DNA from: Laetmonice hystrix | Lineage: Eukaryota | DNA length: 64,000 nt | Assembly: GCA_965235115.1 (NCBI GenBank) | Contig: OZ249439.1 | Coordinates: forward strand, 16,492,001-16,556,000 | Direction of reading: 5' to 3' | Shown: positions 1 to 14,584 of the stretch, in pieces | Position numbering within the stretch: the first letter of the stretch is position 1 | Layout: every line of letters starts with the position of its first letter | The notes under the pieces: generated by a model | The model's input: the letters and a program-made list of their open reading frames with translations, nothing else | Database searches by the model: none | What the model was told of the DNA's origin: nothing | Program-made: the position numbers and the translations under genes

Positions 1-1
1 T

Positions 2-251
2 GAACGGCAAAGTCAGTCACTGAGAGCGGTGTGTGGGCCGCTGCCAACAACTGAAGCCGCTCGTCTCAGCCACAGCACCAGCCCGTCAATCATTTACCCA
101 ACCACGCCCCCAGGCACTGATCCTCGCATGTTCATTGGCCAGCACGGCTCGCAAAAACTGCCCCCCCCACCACCACCACCACCACATGGATGGTTATGAT
201 GGACCCACGTCACAGATTTCTGGGTATTCTCAGCTTTCTAATGCTCGTTAA
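2..251 (+). CDS. Possible 3' end of a coding exon of an unidentified gene entering from outside the window
   Basis: Frame 2 is open from base 2 to ~198 and frame 3 from 24 to TAA at 249-251. Removing one C from the C8 run (161-168) gives a continuous ...GSQKLPPHHHHHHMDGYDGPTSQISGYSQLSNAR*. No homology recognised. Confidence 0.2.
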
Positions 252-3200
252 TAACAGCTAGTTAACTAATCATGTAGAAAACGTATTTTCTCCTTTTCCG
301 GGTTAGAGAAGTAAGACAATGAACATTGAAGTCATTAGGGAGCAGTAAACACATGAGAGGCTATATGACAGTAAAGGTACTTGTTATCTCTGAATCTCTC
401 AAATTAAAACCTCTTTGTCTAATCGGGTAGGATTTAAGTCTGGAGAGAGAGAAGTTTTACACTTTAAAATGGTGATAAATACCGATACTGAGATGTAGAA
501 TCATATTTTTGCCAAAAAGTAACCTTTCTTTTTCTTTCCCCCGAAATGTTCTCGATTTTCTCATGAAATGTGTTTGGTATGATAGAGTTTATATAAGGAC
601 GATTGACCGAGGAAGGTGGGATGATATGTGAGGCTGGCACATGGCGAAAGGCGCGCTGTCCGTACAGGGTGGCGGCAAGGCCACGCCCGTTCACACGGTC
701 TCCTACCATTGCCCTGGGCCAGTTTAGGGCGCTTGTCAAGCTAAATGCAGTGGAATCAATGCCGTGTCATGATCATCACATCATTTTATTTATATTTGTC
801 AAGAGGCAAGAGATGGGCGGCAAGATCAATAGACCACTTGTTTAAGGCCAATATCAAGATGCCCTGGAGACACGGCGTATTGATTACCAGGCTGTATCAG
901 TAAGGCGGGACATAACGAAGGCACTGCCCACCGTACAGTTAGCTGAAGTTTCATTTGTTCCAGCGTTAACACAGAATTTTATATAGCAGGTGTTGCTGGT
1001 TTTCTCTGATGTGCAAGTATGACCATGCATTCAGCTATATAGAATAGAACCTTCAGTAGAATATATACGTTTTTATATAAAGTGTACGAATTAAAAAGTT
1101 TTCCGGACACTACTGTCAGGGCCGGGAGCGACTGAGTCTGATATTGTATTCTCCCGTGGACTTCTTAACTTATGTAATAAACGTGATAAAAGCGGAAACA
1201 TCAGGTTTAGTAAATCGTGTTGAAGTTTTCAACAGGACCAGTCGTGATTCCTGTTAGCTCGTCATGCTTACATTGTAATCAATACAGAGTAATTCATATT
1301 TCACGGCCGTGTCGGCTCATGCAGCTCGTCCTGCAGTTCTAGCCGGGTTTCCTGACAATGTTTCATCAGGGTAGCGCATGGACATAATCACCACGTCCAC
1401 GGAATGGTCAGCCCGGCCGTCACAAATCTATAATCGCCATTACTATTCGCCAAAAGAACCGACGTGAATGATGGAAATGAATGGTTTTCCTGCAAGGTGT
1501 TATTATGCTTTAATAGCGAGGATAATAAACTAGAAGTAGCCTACATGTCGTCTGAGTTAAATGGATCTAGCAAATTCAGTGAAGTGGAGTTGTTGAAGAT
1601 GGCAGTTTAATTACTATGGATGGATATTGTTATCAAGTAGCACAAGTATTTATAGTCGCGTTTATGGCACGTTTTGCCGTTAGTGCTGAGCTCAGTGAAA
1701 CTGTAATATCGATCTCATCTCTGCTCAATATTATTAGGATGTTTATGAACAGATGGAGGTGTCTGTGATGAAGATAGTCGCTATTCTGGGAGCATGTTGT
1801 CTGCTTTCGAGTCTATTATTATGAATACAACTGAAACGTCAGCAACAAGTCTGAATGAAGCAAAGATTACTAACTTTATTCCTTGGATTTACATTCTGAT
1901 TTCGGTCGGACAAGTTATATTGATTTATTTATTTTGACAAAACCCCGATGATACCAGTTAGTAAAAAACGGACCATACTTGTTTGCTGCTAAAGATAATA
2001 GACATTGATTTGCGAAGCAACATATGAAGATAGTTCTGAGAAGGGGAATGGTGCCAGGCCTGCTGCGTTCAGGTATTGGATTCACGACTGTGACTTGGTT
2101 GGCTGGAATTTACACCAGATTAGGGCTAGGATCAGCAAGGCTTATTAAGGTTGATCCACGGACAGGTACGAGTAGGTCAGACACCACATGATATCTGGAC
2201 GGTCGTAGGTGAGGAGTCTGTCGGCAGCATTCATCTCCATCGTATTTTTTTTGGGGGGGGGGGGCATCCTCACCCTTAATTAATTTTCCAAATTTATGTG
2301 ACAGGATGGCAGAATGTTTGTTAAATTCCCATTTGCGAAACAGCTTAGAGCTGAACTTCAGTTGGTGGTTGGAAGTTTAAATGGTGAACGTTCTGGCTTG
2401 GTGCCATGAGCAAGCTGCATTGGCTCCACTCGGCCAGCTCAGTATAACCACAGTTGTCAATGACAGGGTGCACAGATGTCCCCCCACACCAGCTCTCCTT
2501 ACCTGACTGGTCACATTCAATGAGAACATCAACAAGGATCGCCATGAAACCTAATGTGAATTGTATGTAGCTACATGTAATATTACAAAGTTAGGGGACC
2601 ATCCGGAAACACCTACCATCAAGAGCCATTTTGAGAAAATTCTATCGTCCACCATTAGAATTTACCATCGGTCACCGCAGTACATCGTGGGTAACTAAGT
2701 GCAGGGATCACAAAATGTATGCAGACAGTTTCACTGAAATAGTTCATGGATGATTAGAGAAGTGGATGGGAGAATTGTGGGAGGGAGGACATTTTACAGC
2801 GCCGGAACACTGTTATAACTATAACCTTATTAGAAGATATATTATGGGTCCTGTGTCTCAAACACATACGAAATCGGCGGTATGTTTCCATTTTGATTCA
2901 CTTAGTATTTATTTTAATGAGAATATCAGAATTTTAATGTGTTTTTCGTTCGTAAATGCGATATAGAAAAGGCTTGTAATTATGACACAGATTTGGACCA
3001 TATCTGTTCCTCAGTTATGATGTCTTTATTGTCCTATTACATCCGCCAGTTTGTGGGCAGACAACATGGTTAATTAACGTGCCCAGGTGTTCAGTAAAGC
3101 AGAAAATACAGCCGCGTCCCATGTTGTTTTGGCCCTGCTCCATGATATCCAGGCTGGAAAGGACATAAAAGATGACTTGGGTCCGATTTAATAATGATCA

Positions 3201-6200
3201 TGGGAAGTTTGAAACAGGGATGAGGCGGCAATTCGCACAATATCTTACCGGTATTAGTAGTCACCAGTTACTCTTACAGGAAGCTGTCAAACACTCCTTT
3301 GAATTGGACCCGATTGGCGGGTGGTACTGGACTGTCATTGCGTCAATCAGTTATTGGCGCGGAGCGATCGGCTTGTTTGAACCCTCCTCTGGCATTCCTA
3401 ATTGCTCCATATTTAGAACTTGGTCACGGACATTGAGAAGGGAAAGCTTTGAATGATTTGGAACACACTCGTGTGGAGCTGCAGGTAGACCGCAAGTGGG
3501 AAAGCACTCTGGCTTCTTAAGGCAGGCAGGTTTACAGTGGCTCGAGCAATGCCTTTCCCAATGACCATCATCCGACTAGACACTGATAGGCCCATCCTTC
3601 AAGGCAATGTGACATTTACAGGCTCAACAACTGCTCTCTATCCAAGATTCGGTTGGAACAGTGGATTAATTTTTCAATTTCCATGGTCTCTCAGTGGGCC
3701 TCCTTGTTCGTCAAAAGGGATTCAAGTCAGTGTGCGGTTCTGCCTTGTTAGGTCTGCCCTGCATGTCGTCACCCGGCAATGGCCCTTTGCTGTTCACTAA
3801 GGAACTGGTGTGAAGATCGAGACCACGTGTGTTCTTACAACACAGGCATGGCTGACACATGCGGTTTTGGGCCAATTAGGACGTCCGCAGCATGGAATGG
3901 CTAGCGCCATGACATTTAAAGAAGCAGTGAGCACCGCCAGCGAGTTGGTCTTGTGGAAGTAGTATAAGGAAATGAGGCACAGACTCAGGCATTGCATGAA
4001 CTCCTGGGGCTGAGGTGCTTCATTCGAAACAAAGATGAAGCCGTTCGGGGGAAAGTAGGTGTTTTAAAGAGAGAGAAAAAAGTCATTTGAACTTAATATC
4101 CCGTAATTATATCAACATCGATACTGATTGCTCACCCCCAGGGTTTTGTTACACGGTAACGATTCGCTTGTCAGTGCCTTCAATGAATTTATTAGCCACG
4201 ATACGATAGAGAAAGGTTGTCCTGGAGGCCGTGATCGGGTATGAATGTCTCGTGTTAAAGTTAGGGTGAGTGCCAGGAACAGTCTATGCTGCAGGTTGAG
4301 GTGAGTACCGGCATGAGCAAGGCGCCAGCCGACTGAGCCAAGAGCACACTAGCAAGCAGTCCCCCAGGCCACACTCTGACGAACAGGGGGTGCCCGGCAC
4401 TGACAACAGGCTCACTGATGAACGATGCTGGCTCTTATCTACTGCCCACACTCTGTTGTACTGTTCATGAAAGAATTTTCCCAACACCGGCTAATGGGGG
4501 TTTTGCATGCGACCGTCTCGTCGAACTTAACTCAGCCATAGCAAATATTTCGCAAGACTTGGGACTTAAATATGTATCACTCTTATAATGTAGATCACCA
4601 CGCTCTCGGAGAGAAAGTGTTTTTGTCTCAAAGAAAGCTTTTATGTAGATTATGTGTATTTGAACGTTCATTATTTTGAGGTATCAAAGTTATCATGCAT
4701 TGACCTTGTTCTGCATTTGTAAATGTTTAAATAATTGATAGCATGGATCCAGTCGAAATGTTTCAGCCAACACTGCAATAAGGCCTGAGAACCAAGAGGT
4801 GACTCTGCCCACTACGGAAGGGTACTTGGGTACTGACAATGGGCCGGGAATATCTAACAAAACTGATGAACAATAGCACCACCTGAAAGATTGTTTCCAC
4901 GGTTTTTATTCGAAGGTATCTCACACACAGGTTAAGGTGGCCGGCTCGAGGTCTGTTTCGTTGGACTTTCTAGATGCGTGAGGTTCTTGGTTTGTCTGGG
5001 CAAACAATATGGACCGCCAAGAGCCTTTCGTGAGAGAAAATAGCCGCCCACAGCAGCGTAGACATGGTCTCAGATGGTCTAAGAACCACCTCCTCTGGCT
5101 CCTTTTGTGCCCTCTTTTCATTGATTCTTACTTGATGCCTTCTCTGACGTCAGTTTATTTCAGCAGCGAAACTTTGTTATTGCCCAGAAAAGAGTTGCGT
5201 ATGCCAAGAGGAAGTTTTCCATAGTTTTTATGTTCAAACGGATAATGATTGACAGTAATGTGTGATTGTCTCTGTAATATACAATGTTAGAAAAATTACC
5301 ACGTATAATACACAGGAGGCTTCAAAACATGGAGATAACTGGAACTTGATTTCAAGTGTAGGATGAAGAATAATACTACAAGATATATTTTCATCAGTAT
5401 TGAGTCCAGCAAGCAGTAGTATATCCCGTTTAACGTGAGTCCAGACTCTCGGGCCCATGCACGGGCTGGTACATTCATTGAAACAGGTAATTAAGGGTAA
5501 TTCTCTGATCGTGGACCTGAAGGACTTTTCTCTGTCGGTTAAGGAGAAAATTACATTGGAAGGTACAGCATTTGGACGATCCTGAGGCATATATAAACTA
5601 CCCGCTAAATAATTCTCCATTACATGGGAATCTTAGACAAGCGGCTGTCGAGGGGCATCTCGTAGATGTCTGGGGGGCCAACCATTAGCTGTAAACCGTC
5701 TGCCGTTGGTTGTTTGCTTAGAGCCTAGAATCACAGCCTGGCGCTGGACTCTGTTCTTGGTAATATTTTGACAGCCCCGTTCTCTGGTCAGCAGGTAAGG
5801 CTTACATATGTTGCTAGCGGAGTCCGGGAAGAGATTCAAATTACGTCTGCGGTGCGGTAAACGAACACGTGTCACCAGAATGGGAGGGGGGAGCACTGAT
5901 ACCCCACTGCCCGCAGTTTGGGGCAGGTACTGCCGCAGGGTCACAAGAGGGATATCAGACAGGGCTTAATAAGCTCATCTTGGGCTCTCTCTGCCTCAGG
6001 ATGATAGCGACTGACGTTACTCAAACAACTTTGGATCCCATAAAATCCAAAGATTGGTGTTATCACCAACGGAACCAGTAATAGTCTTGCCAAGTAATTA
6101 CACAGCTCATGAATCATGACCATTTCTAGTTACCAAATTATTTCATGCATTACCCCCCCCCCCCCGTCTCGTCCGGTAAGCACGGTGCCCAGGTGTTTTT

Positions 6201-9200
6201 TTTTTTTTTTTTTTTGGGGGGGGGGGGGGCGGAAAAAGAACGTACATTAAAGACAGGCATCGAGCGGCGAGCTGTAGAGGAAGGTCTCGGATCAGAAGAG
6301 GTTCCAGACCACGAAGGTAAAGAGAGTAGAGAGGGTCATTCTGGGGGGGGGGGGGCAGAAACCGAACGGGCGCCTTGCAGCCGTCAGGCCAGACAATCAT
6401 GGCCCTGCAGCGGGCTAAGACAGGACAACAATCAGTGCCCGGCCTAACCTCATCGACTCGGGTGTGCCTTTGTTTGTGAACTCCCCGAGAAACTTCAAAT
6501 AGAAGAGAAATACACACGTCCCACACTGATAACCAGCAGGTTGCGTTAGAAAAGAAAATGAAATGTGATGTAAGCATTCCCTGGAAAAAGAGGGATAGAA
6601 GTCAGCAGTTGGAATTGTTGACGAATACTTGTTCTATGCTATGTAATATTGCAGTTTTTTAGTTGGTTACTGAAATAAATGCACAGTGGTTATCCGAGTA
6701 AGGGAGCCCCATTTTAAGATACGGACGAATATTCCCAGATGTATAATTTAAATCAGGTGTGTTGTCGAGTATGGGTGTTTAAATGAGCGGTATCTCAACC
6801 TGTGAACAACAAGTTTGTTAAATTGAAAACAGGAAGAAGGCGATTGTCTGCAAAGTATTTATATCGTAACAGTTATTTCCAAAGAGGTATTATTATGACA
6901 GAAATCTAAATTATAGGTACCTTAATTTAACCACATTGTTGCTATTTTAAGAGCAGGAAAACGTGTAGGAAGCGGTGTGTTTGGTGAAGACAGTCACAAT
7001 TAGTTAGGAGACCTGTCAGCGGCGGCGGGTGTGTCGCATTGGCTCGGTCTGTGTCATCACACTCAAAGAAATTGGGCCAATTTAGTAGCAATGCCTGTCT
7101 AGCACGAAAAAGACTTTGATCGATCTTATCCTGTGCTAAAAACTGATTTAGTGACAGATCCGACTTCTGCTTGACCCTAGACAGGTTGGTACGACGACCT
7201 TTATACTATGGGTGTTTCTTGGTTGTTTTCTTGGTTGTGTTTTTCCGCAATAATAGATCCTTTGGTTTCATGAAACCTTTATATAGTCCGGAAATGCATC
7301 ACCAGGCTCGTGTTAGCTTCCGTTAGGAAGTGCGTGGAAATACAGCACTTCAACTATTTCAACTATGTTAAATAAAGACGTGCAGTTGTTTTCATAAAAA
7401 CCAGTAATGGTATTGAGAGAAGTGTGCATTGTGCTGGCCTACACATGACCCATACCGTGTGCGTATGCCAGGCTACGGATGCATGGTTGTACACGTGTTT
7501 TGATTTGCGCAGCACGTGTGCCCATTGAGGCATGTCCTGAGGAGGTAATATGTTGTTGCCGCCGAGCAGGCGAGTCTCTCTCGTTACTGCCTGGTGAAGA
7601 CTTGTGTCGGCTAGGGGAGGGGGAGGGGGAGGGCCAGGGTGGTGTGAGCCGGAGGATCGAGTCGGCCCACCGTTGGGGGGCGCTGTTTACACCAGGTTGT
7701 TAGGGCCCGGTATCGTCACAGCCAAGATGTAGGACCCCCGAGTGAAGGATAACCTTGTTTTGACCGAACCTATTCCAGCGAGCAGCCGGCTTTTAGAGAG
7801 AGGAGAGGGTTGGTTATTACTCTCCCGATACGGCCGATCGAGGATGGCATTGAAACGTTACTGGGGGGCCGTGCATGGTGAAGATGAACGCTAACGTCTG
7901 ACTGTAGACAGTCGGCCATTGAAAACCCGCGGACATTTAAATACCTGTTAACGGTTCGCATAGAGCCGCTATTGGACATTCTGTAATTTATTTATAGCAG
8001 TTTTCATTTCCTGTGCAGTGTTTATCCACTCACAAATCAAAAAACTCCACTGTGGTGAAAAGTACTTTTAATATTTTTCTACTAATGGCACTCGAGAGGC
8101 TTTGTGTAAATAAGTTGCGGTTTACAATGGTAGCGGAGAACGATGTCTAGCAGTCAGGCTCGCTTGGGCATGTGTAGGGGTTAACATTCATAATGTTATG
8201 ACCAAGTGAACTTTCCGGGTATTTCGTAAAAATCCTATTTACATTCCAAGATGAGGCTGGCAGGTCTGGGTTAAAAGCTGAACCAACCCGGTCCGTAATG
8301 TAAGTGGTGGTAGAATATTGAGGCACGTCAGGGGACATTCTGTTGATCTGGCTGGACCAGAGCTCGGCTGACGGCTGAACATGCTAAGGTCAGGGGTCAG
8401 TGGTAGGATCACGGTTCGCTGTTTCACATGGACAGTTGGGCTTATGTTCCCTTCGTTGAGGACTTTTATGTCCTGTCACCATGAATGTCTACACTTGCCA
8501 CCCCTACAGATGCTACAAATCTTCGTTAATGGAGTTCATCTCCCTGGAGGGTTAACTCGGGTAAAGGGTGCCCAGTTCAGACCGCCCCGCGCCCCACTGA
8601 CACGCCCCCTGCCTTCCAACCATATGACCTAGCAACCCCAGGAACGAGCAGCGTGAAGGCCCCCAATATTTGGCGGCATATTTACAGGCTAGCGTGTTGT
8701 AGTGGCCAAGGCTGGACGTGGCAGCGTGATTTATTTGTTGTTTGCAGGCCGGCTGCTAGTGGAAGCAGGATACTGTAGGTGGGGTTCCAGGTTATAGGAG
8801 CAGCATTGATTAGGATGCCGAGTTAGCATTCCATCAGTCACGCCTCTCCTAAAAGGTCACAGCTGATATGACAAGTACACTCGCTAGAGTCTCACCCTCT
8901 CCTGACCTCAAGCTGAACGTATCGCGAGGCTGCATAAATGCGTACTTTTAGTATTGTTATTGGATAGGTTATGGTGACTCATGTTCCGTTACTTTCGGGA
9001 CTTTCAGCTTTACAGCTGGGAAAAGTTTGCTGCAAATAGTCATTTACCCTTATGTGCACATGCTTGGTCCTTATGATGGATTAACATTGTACACAGGCCT
9101 GATCAGTGATGAGAATGTATCGTGTTTTTCCTAGGGAAACTGAAAGGCGTACGGATGCCAGGCTACATGGAGAATGGAAGTGAGAACAAGCTGCTGGATT

Positions 9201-12200
9201 CCTGAATTTTGAATCCTGTCAAGTCGCAGATTGATTTTACATGATATGACAAGAATATGGCAGTCACAAAACGGCATTACGGCTGTATTGATTAATTCTC
9301 CGATACAGATTCATTACACTCTACCTACTGGTACAAATAAGACCCTAATAGGGTACTCATCAATGTTGAATGGTGCCTGAAAGGATGCCGGGAGAGAGAT
9401 TCTCATGCCATTTGCGAATCACCTGATGTAGCTTTAACAGAAACGGCGGCAGTTCATGGTTGGTGGACTCCATGCAATCAATACAAAGTCCGTCATGTAT
9501 GTGCGTGTCTGTTAGAGAGCCCTGCATGAAGTCCAAGTGTTTACCCAAATCATAGTGGAGTCAAGTTTGTTTGGGTTGATTATTGTTTTCTCCGAATCGG
9601 CCTGTGCATACTGGGAGGAATGGTGAGTGGCAGGCGAGCACCTGTCGGCTCACTGATTGACACGCACCACCACCAGTAAGAGGAAGTTGGTGTTCCTGAC
9701 ATAATGCACCTGAGCAACCTGTCGTTGTCATGGCAGTGGGTGGTGTAAATGGGCAGAATAAAACTGACTGAAGGAAGGAAATTGTGCCTGGGAGAGTCGG
9801 TGCTGATGTACATGCTGATGTATCATCTATTTATGATCTGACCAATATGAATCGTCCAATGAAACATGTAGAATTCTCTGTAGAGAAAGCATCGTTGCTC
9901 CTATTTGGCTCATTTGATTTGTCTTCTTATCGTTATTCAGCTCGGCCCATAAGTTGACATAGCTGAATGAAGATGGGAAGTCAGTATGATATTTTCCATA
10001 CAAACAATTCTTACGTTAGCGGGGCTGCAGAGCCGGGTTATCATACTTGCCAATGGTTTTACCAATGTTGATACAGTAAATGGGGTAGTCAGTTGGACAT
10101 ATGGCACGCAGTCGTTCTAACCAGCATGTTATATTGCCATGGGCCATTCTACTGTTGTCGCGTATTTTTGGTTGGGATCTCAGCGTTATAGAACAGCTGT
10201 CGAGACATAATGCCACTTCTCAATGTAATTTCAAGCTTGGTCGGTGGAGGGAGAGCTCTTTAACCGAGATCCATGTTGGATCTGGGCATGAACCGTGGTC
10301 TCTTGTCTTGGCTGACTCGGCTGACAGTTGACAAAATTTCTTTGCGACACAAGATGGTTTTAAATTGATTAAATTTAATGCCTCGGAGACGATTCAGAAC
10401 ACTGAGTAAACTTGAAGTAGTCCATTGTTCATTGAGGTTATAATTAACTCACTACCAGGGGTGGGGGGGGGGGGGCAATTTTTGGATCCAGGGATTTGCC
10501 TCAATCTGTTGTCTTTTGTTTTTATCAAAACGGTCGCCTGTGACCAGAGACATGTTCAAGGTATTGTACGATGTGTGATAGCCTAGACGGTGTCGTCCCG
10601 GTATCTGCCTTTGGCACCACAGTTTCAGGTATCGTGGGCTTTCAATGTGATTATGTGATTATGATTGGAAGCTCATCTTAACTGATAGTCTCTGCATTAA
10701 GGTGTGTGCACGAAGATATACAGTCTTACCCGCCAGTCTAATTTCCGCTGCCAGTGCCGAGGTCTTAGTGTGGCGTGGAGACTGTGGATTGTGGGATAAA
10801 TCAACATCCGGCGGCCGCCACAAACACCACATCTTCAATCACCACAGTGAAGCCTACAAGCTGAACCGAGAGGTTTTCCTTTTGTATGGTTTCCCTCCAA
10901 AAAGTCCCAGCATAATGAAGCCGTGATTAACATTATACAGAGGGCAAACGCAATTCGTCAACTACTCCAGAAATAGAAGTACGCCTAGCTACAATGTAAC
11001 GTTTGTCCTATGATTTTACCTTACATATTTACCTGTTGCTTGGGTTATGAAATGGAGGTGTCTGTATGTGTGTGAAGGGATAAATGTCATTCTAATTTAC
11101 CCGGTTTCTAATGTAATATAACCGTTTCCTAGGTGGGAATTCAGTTACTATTATGCATCACATAGATAGTTCACTAATACTAATGGTTAAGAACGGGTTT
11201 TCAGCATTTTATCAACCAGGGGATAGGCGGTATTGTGTGGCATTGTAAACGTTACAAAATACTGTTACTGCCTTTCCTGTCGATGCTGTACTGATGAGGT
11301 TCTTCTCTTATTCGTTCAGACAGTACAGGCAGAGACGCCAGATTAGGCTATATAACTGTGGTCTCAGATCTAGGTGATTGTGTAAGTAGTAATGGAAAAG
11401 TAAATTCTGTTCCATGCTAAACTATCCATAGTTTGCTTAAACCCCCTCATCACAAGACCGCAGAGGCTGCGTATTTCAAGAAAATCAAGCGAAAAGTTAG
11501 AATCTTTTGAAGTTGTTTCAGTGGTCTGAATTCGGGCTATTCATTGGAATTATGGGTTGGACACGTATTGGATAGAGGCTGGAAAAGGTCAATATGACCC
11601 TCTCACATTAAAGCGTCGTCAGGACCCGTTCATCAATAACGAATTTTACATTACTTTGTCACTCGGCCATGTCCAAAGCTCCTTGAGAAGAAAAAGTGCA
11701 CTCTGCACCAACAGTTGCCCAATGCTATCTATGATGTGCTGTCATTTTGAGGAAATTGCTGCAGGGGACATAGAGAGCCGAGTGACGCTCTCGGTTCCTC
11801 TTCCCTGGACCCGTACTTGGCGGATAATGACCATGTTGCATGTCAGCAGATATTTGCACGAGTATTCTTTGGTTGGCAAGTAACGCAGTGGATGTGTATT
11901 CTGCTAACTAAATTCTTATAGATTGAGTTAGGTACACATTGTCATTTTGTGTAAGAAACATTCTTATGCTGTAGATTTGATAAACAATAGGGCTTTGACC
12001 TTTCAGGTTTTGCATTTTTAAGTGCAAATGCTCTAGCCGAAATGTTCAGCTGCTCAACACCCACTGTTCCTTTTCGATGGCCTTTGATTTACCGTGCAGT
12101 TCAAGTTATCTAAATGTTTCTGTGTCTATGGTCAGAGTCGGCCATGCGGAACGGTAGCCTCTGGTTTTTATAAGTGCAATCATTGAGGCGACAAGAAGTT

Positions 12201-14584
12201 AGCGACAGTTTAATAACATTTATAGTGTTAACAGTCGGTCCACCTGATTGAATGGAGGGGCTGGCCTGGAAGGGGCCTGTGACTGGAATTACCTAACGAA
12301 AAGGTGTGTTGAAAGGCTGCTAGTCTGTAGCCATCTGGTGGTGAACATGGGAACAAAAACTGATTACAAAACTACTGTACTGCCGTGCACTCGCCTGGCA
12401 GGCAGGCACGTAGCAGCAGTGCCATCTAGGGCTACCATCCAGAACTATGTCGTTATCTGATTGCGTGATGAACTGTCGGTCCCTTTGAGGAAATGGTTTT
12501 TAATAGAAATAAATAAAAGAGACTATGGCCAATTAAAAGTAGAATTTAGAACCCGATCCGTGGAATGCGTCCGTTTTTCAGCTCCATCTCCAGATTTTGT
12601 TGCAGTCCAGTAGTGGGCCATTTATTGAAAAACTAATTACAATTGGGCTTTGATGTGCTTAACTTATTCGATGCAAAGCAATTCAAGAAAAGGAAACCCC
12701 ATAACTGATCTCAAAATTTGTAGTGGATTTTATTTTTATAATGTATGTTGACATATCAGAAAGCACAGATTTTCTGTTTGTATTAGGATTGAATTGAATA
12801 TGTCGGTAATTAGGCAGAGGATAGAAATGCACGACCTAACGGATATTGACTGATATAAATTCAGGTATATGAGTATGTACATAAAACGGAGGTAAAAGAA
12901 GCACGGGGTGGATGGCAAGATCTCCAGCTCACCTGGCAGGTACAACACACAGAGAACACCTACAACTTACAAGGAGGGAACTGAACTACATGGCCCACTT
13001 CAAGGCCAAACGGGGAAGTTATAAAACATGTGGGATAGCAGTGTACACTGGAGGAGGCTGAGAGAGGAGACACGACATATATCAATAGACCAACTAAAAC
13101 CGTCCTCGTGGTGTTGCGTCCTTCTTGAGATCTTTATCACATGTGACAATCGCTATAATACTGGTACGTATGATCTGATGGGGCATTCCGATATGGACAA
13201 GGAAATATGGGCAACAATACTCCATCATATCGCAGGTAAAGAGTGTGGACAGACGGAGAACACCGTGCATGTTAAACAACACCTGTTAAAACGAAGTTGT
13301 ATTTTTCTTCGTTTCGATGTTCGTCGGTGCTCGGAATGGGCATAACGAACGAGAGGGGTTTTACTTTTCTTTTCAGGAACATTTTTTTTATATATATTTA
13401 CCCAACTCTACAGGTGCCTCATTATGAACGACGATATGTTTCTTTCACAAGCATATCAACTTTGTTCGATTTCACAAAGAAATTCATATATGCAATCACA
13501 AAATCTTGGCAGCATCCGAGCCAGAAACCAGACACTTCAATAAATACTGTTTAACTTCGTCCTCACGACATGACTGATACAACATTGACTGGGTCTTAAA
13601 TTCATTACCCGAGTTTCTTATGATGAAACCAATACTGTTCCCTTGCTTGGCGCACACAGGTCCGGCATTTGTTTACAAGTGTTCAGAGGTTCTTTGGATT
13701 ATATCGCAGTTGTCTGTCACGGTGGGTAACATTTTCTCCCTCCTGTACACATTGCTTCACTCTACATGAAGACTTTACTTGTAGTTATGTGATGTCCGGG
13801 GCATTATAAACCAACTATAGTCTGTATATTGTTGGGTGTTATTGCCCGGTACAGGATTCAACTTTGAGAAGACCATCGTTTACAAGTATCATGATGGGAG
13901 GTCATACATTATGTATCAGTGATGTAGACAACACGACAACATGTACGTGTACATGTATTTGGCAACGCGTACCCATAAAGGTTTGCAGATGAGAGTCCAG
14001 CTTCCATCAAAGGCCGAATGTACAGAGTGTATGCTAAAGGTAGAAGTGATACATGTACATACATTTAACCGTTTTATAATGAAGTTTAGAACAAGATAGT
14101 TTATATTAGATCTAGGCCAACGGTTAAAAACAGCAAACCTCTTCACATACGGATATGTTATGTTATGTGTAACTGCCATGATTTATGGCTTGAACCTCTC
14201 TAGGATTTGAAAGGTATGTAACAGTAAAAACGTTAATGCCAGTAAGGCTTGTATTGGCATCCAAAAGGCACACAATATATTTAACACGATTGAATTTTAA
14301 CATTTAGCACTGTGAGAACGATCAGAAACGAATCAATTCAATGGGAGTACCAGCGCTTTCAGAACAGAGATGGAGAGCTCCCAAGTTAGGCCGACCACAT
14401 TGTAAAAAGTCAACAGCAGATAGTCGTAATCCAGGAATAATGAGGTGCATTCAGGATTCGGCTTAAACTGTTAATACTGCTTCCATAGTGTGCCACAATA
14501 TGGGGAACCGAGTATTTCTGTCTCGAGTTCTGGATACTATAGTTATTACTTAGGGCGTGGGACCAGGCTCTGGGGTCCCCTGGT

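Noticed and set aside
1-29. CAGTCACTGAGAGCGG (14-29) matches the outer nested element's 16-bp unit at 15/16
   Set aside because: Single copy at the window edge with no TIR or TSD context; cannot be separated from chance without upstream sequence.
6143-6577. ORFs with poly-Pro/Lys/Gly/Phe runs
   Set aside because: Translations of C, T and G homopolymer tracts; no domain or splice support.
11557-11883. 108-aa ORF and adjacent frames faintly resembling the THOC2 N-terminus
   Set aside because: No conserved THOC2 motif, in-frame stops in the best-looking frame, and no splice sites.
13028-13345. 105-aa ORF
   Set aside because: No recognisable homology or exon signals; length expected by chance.
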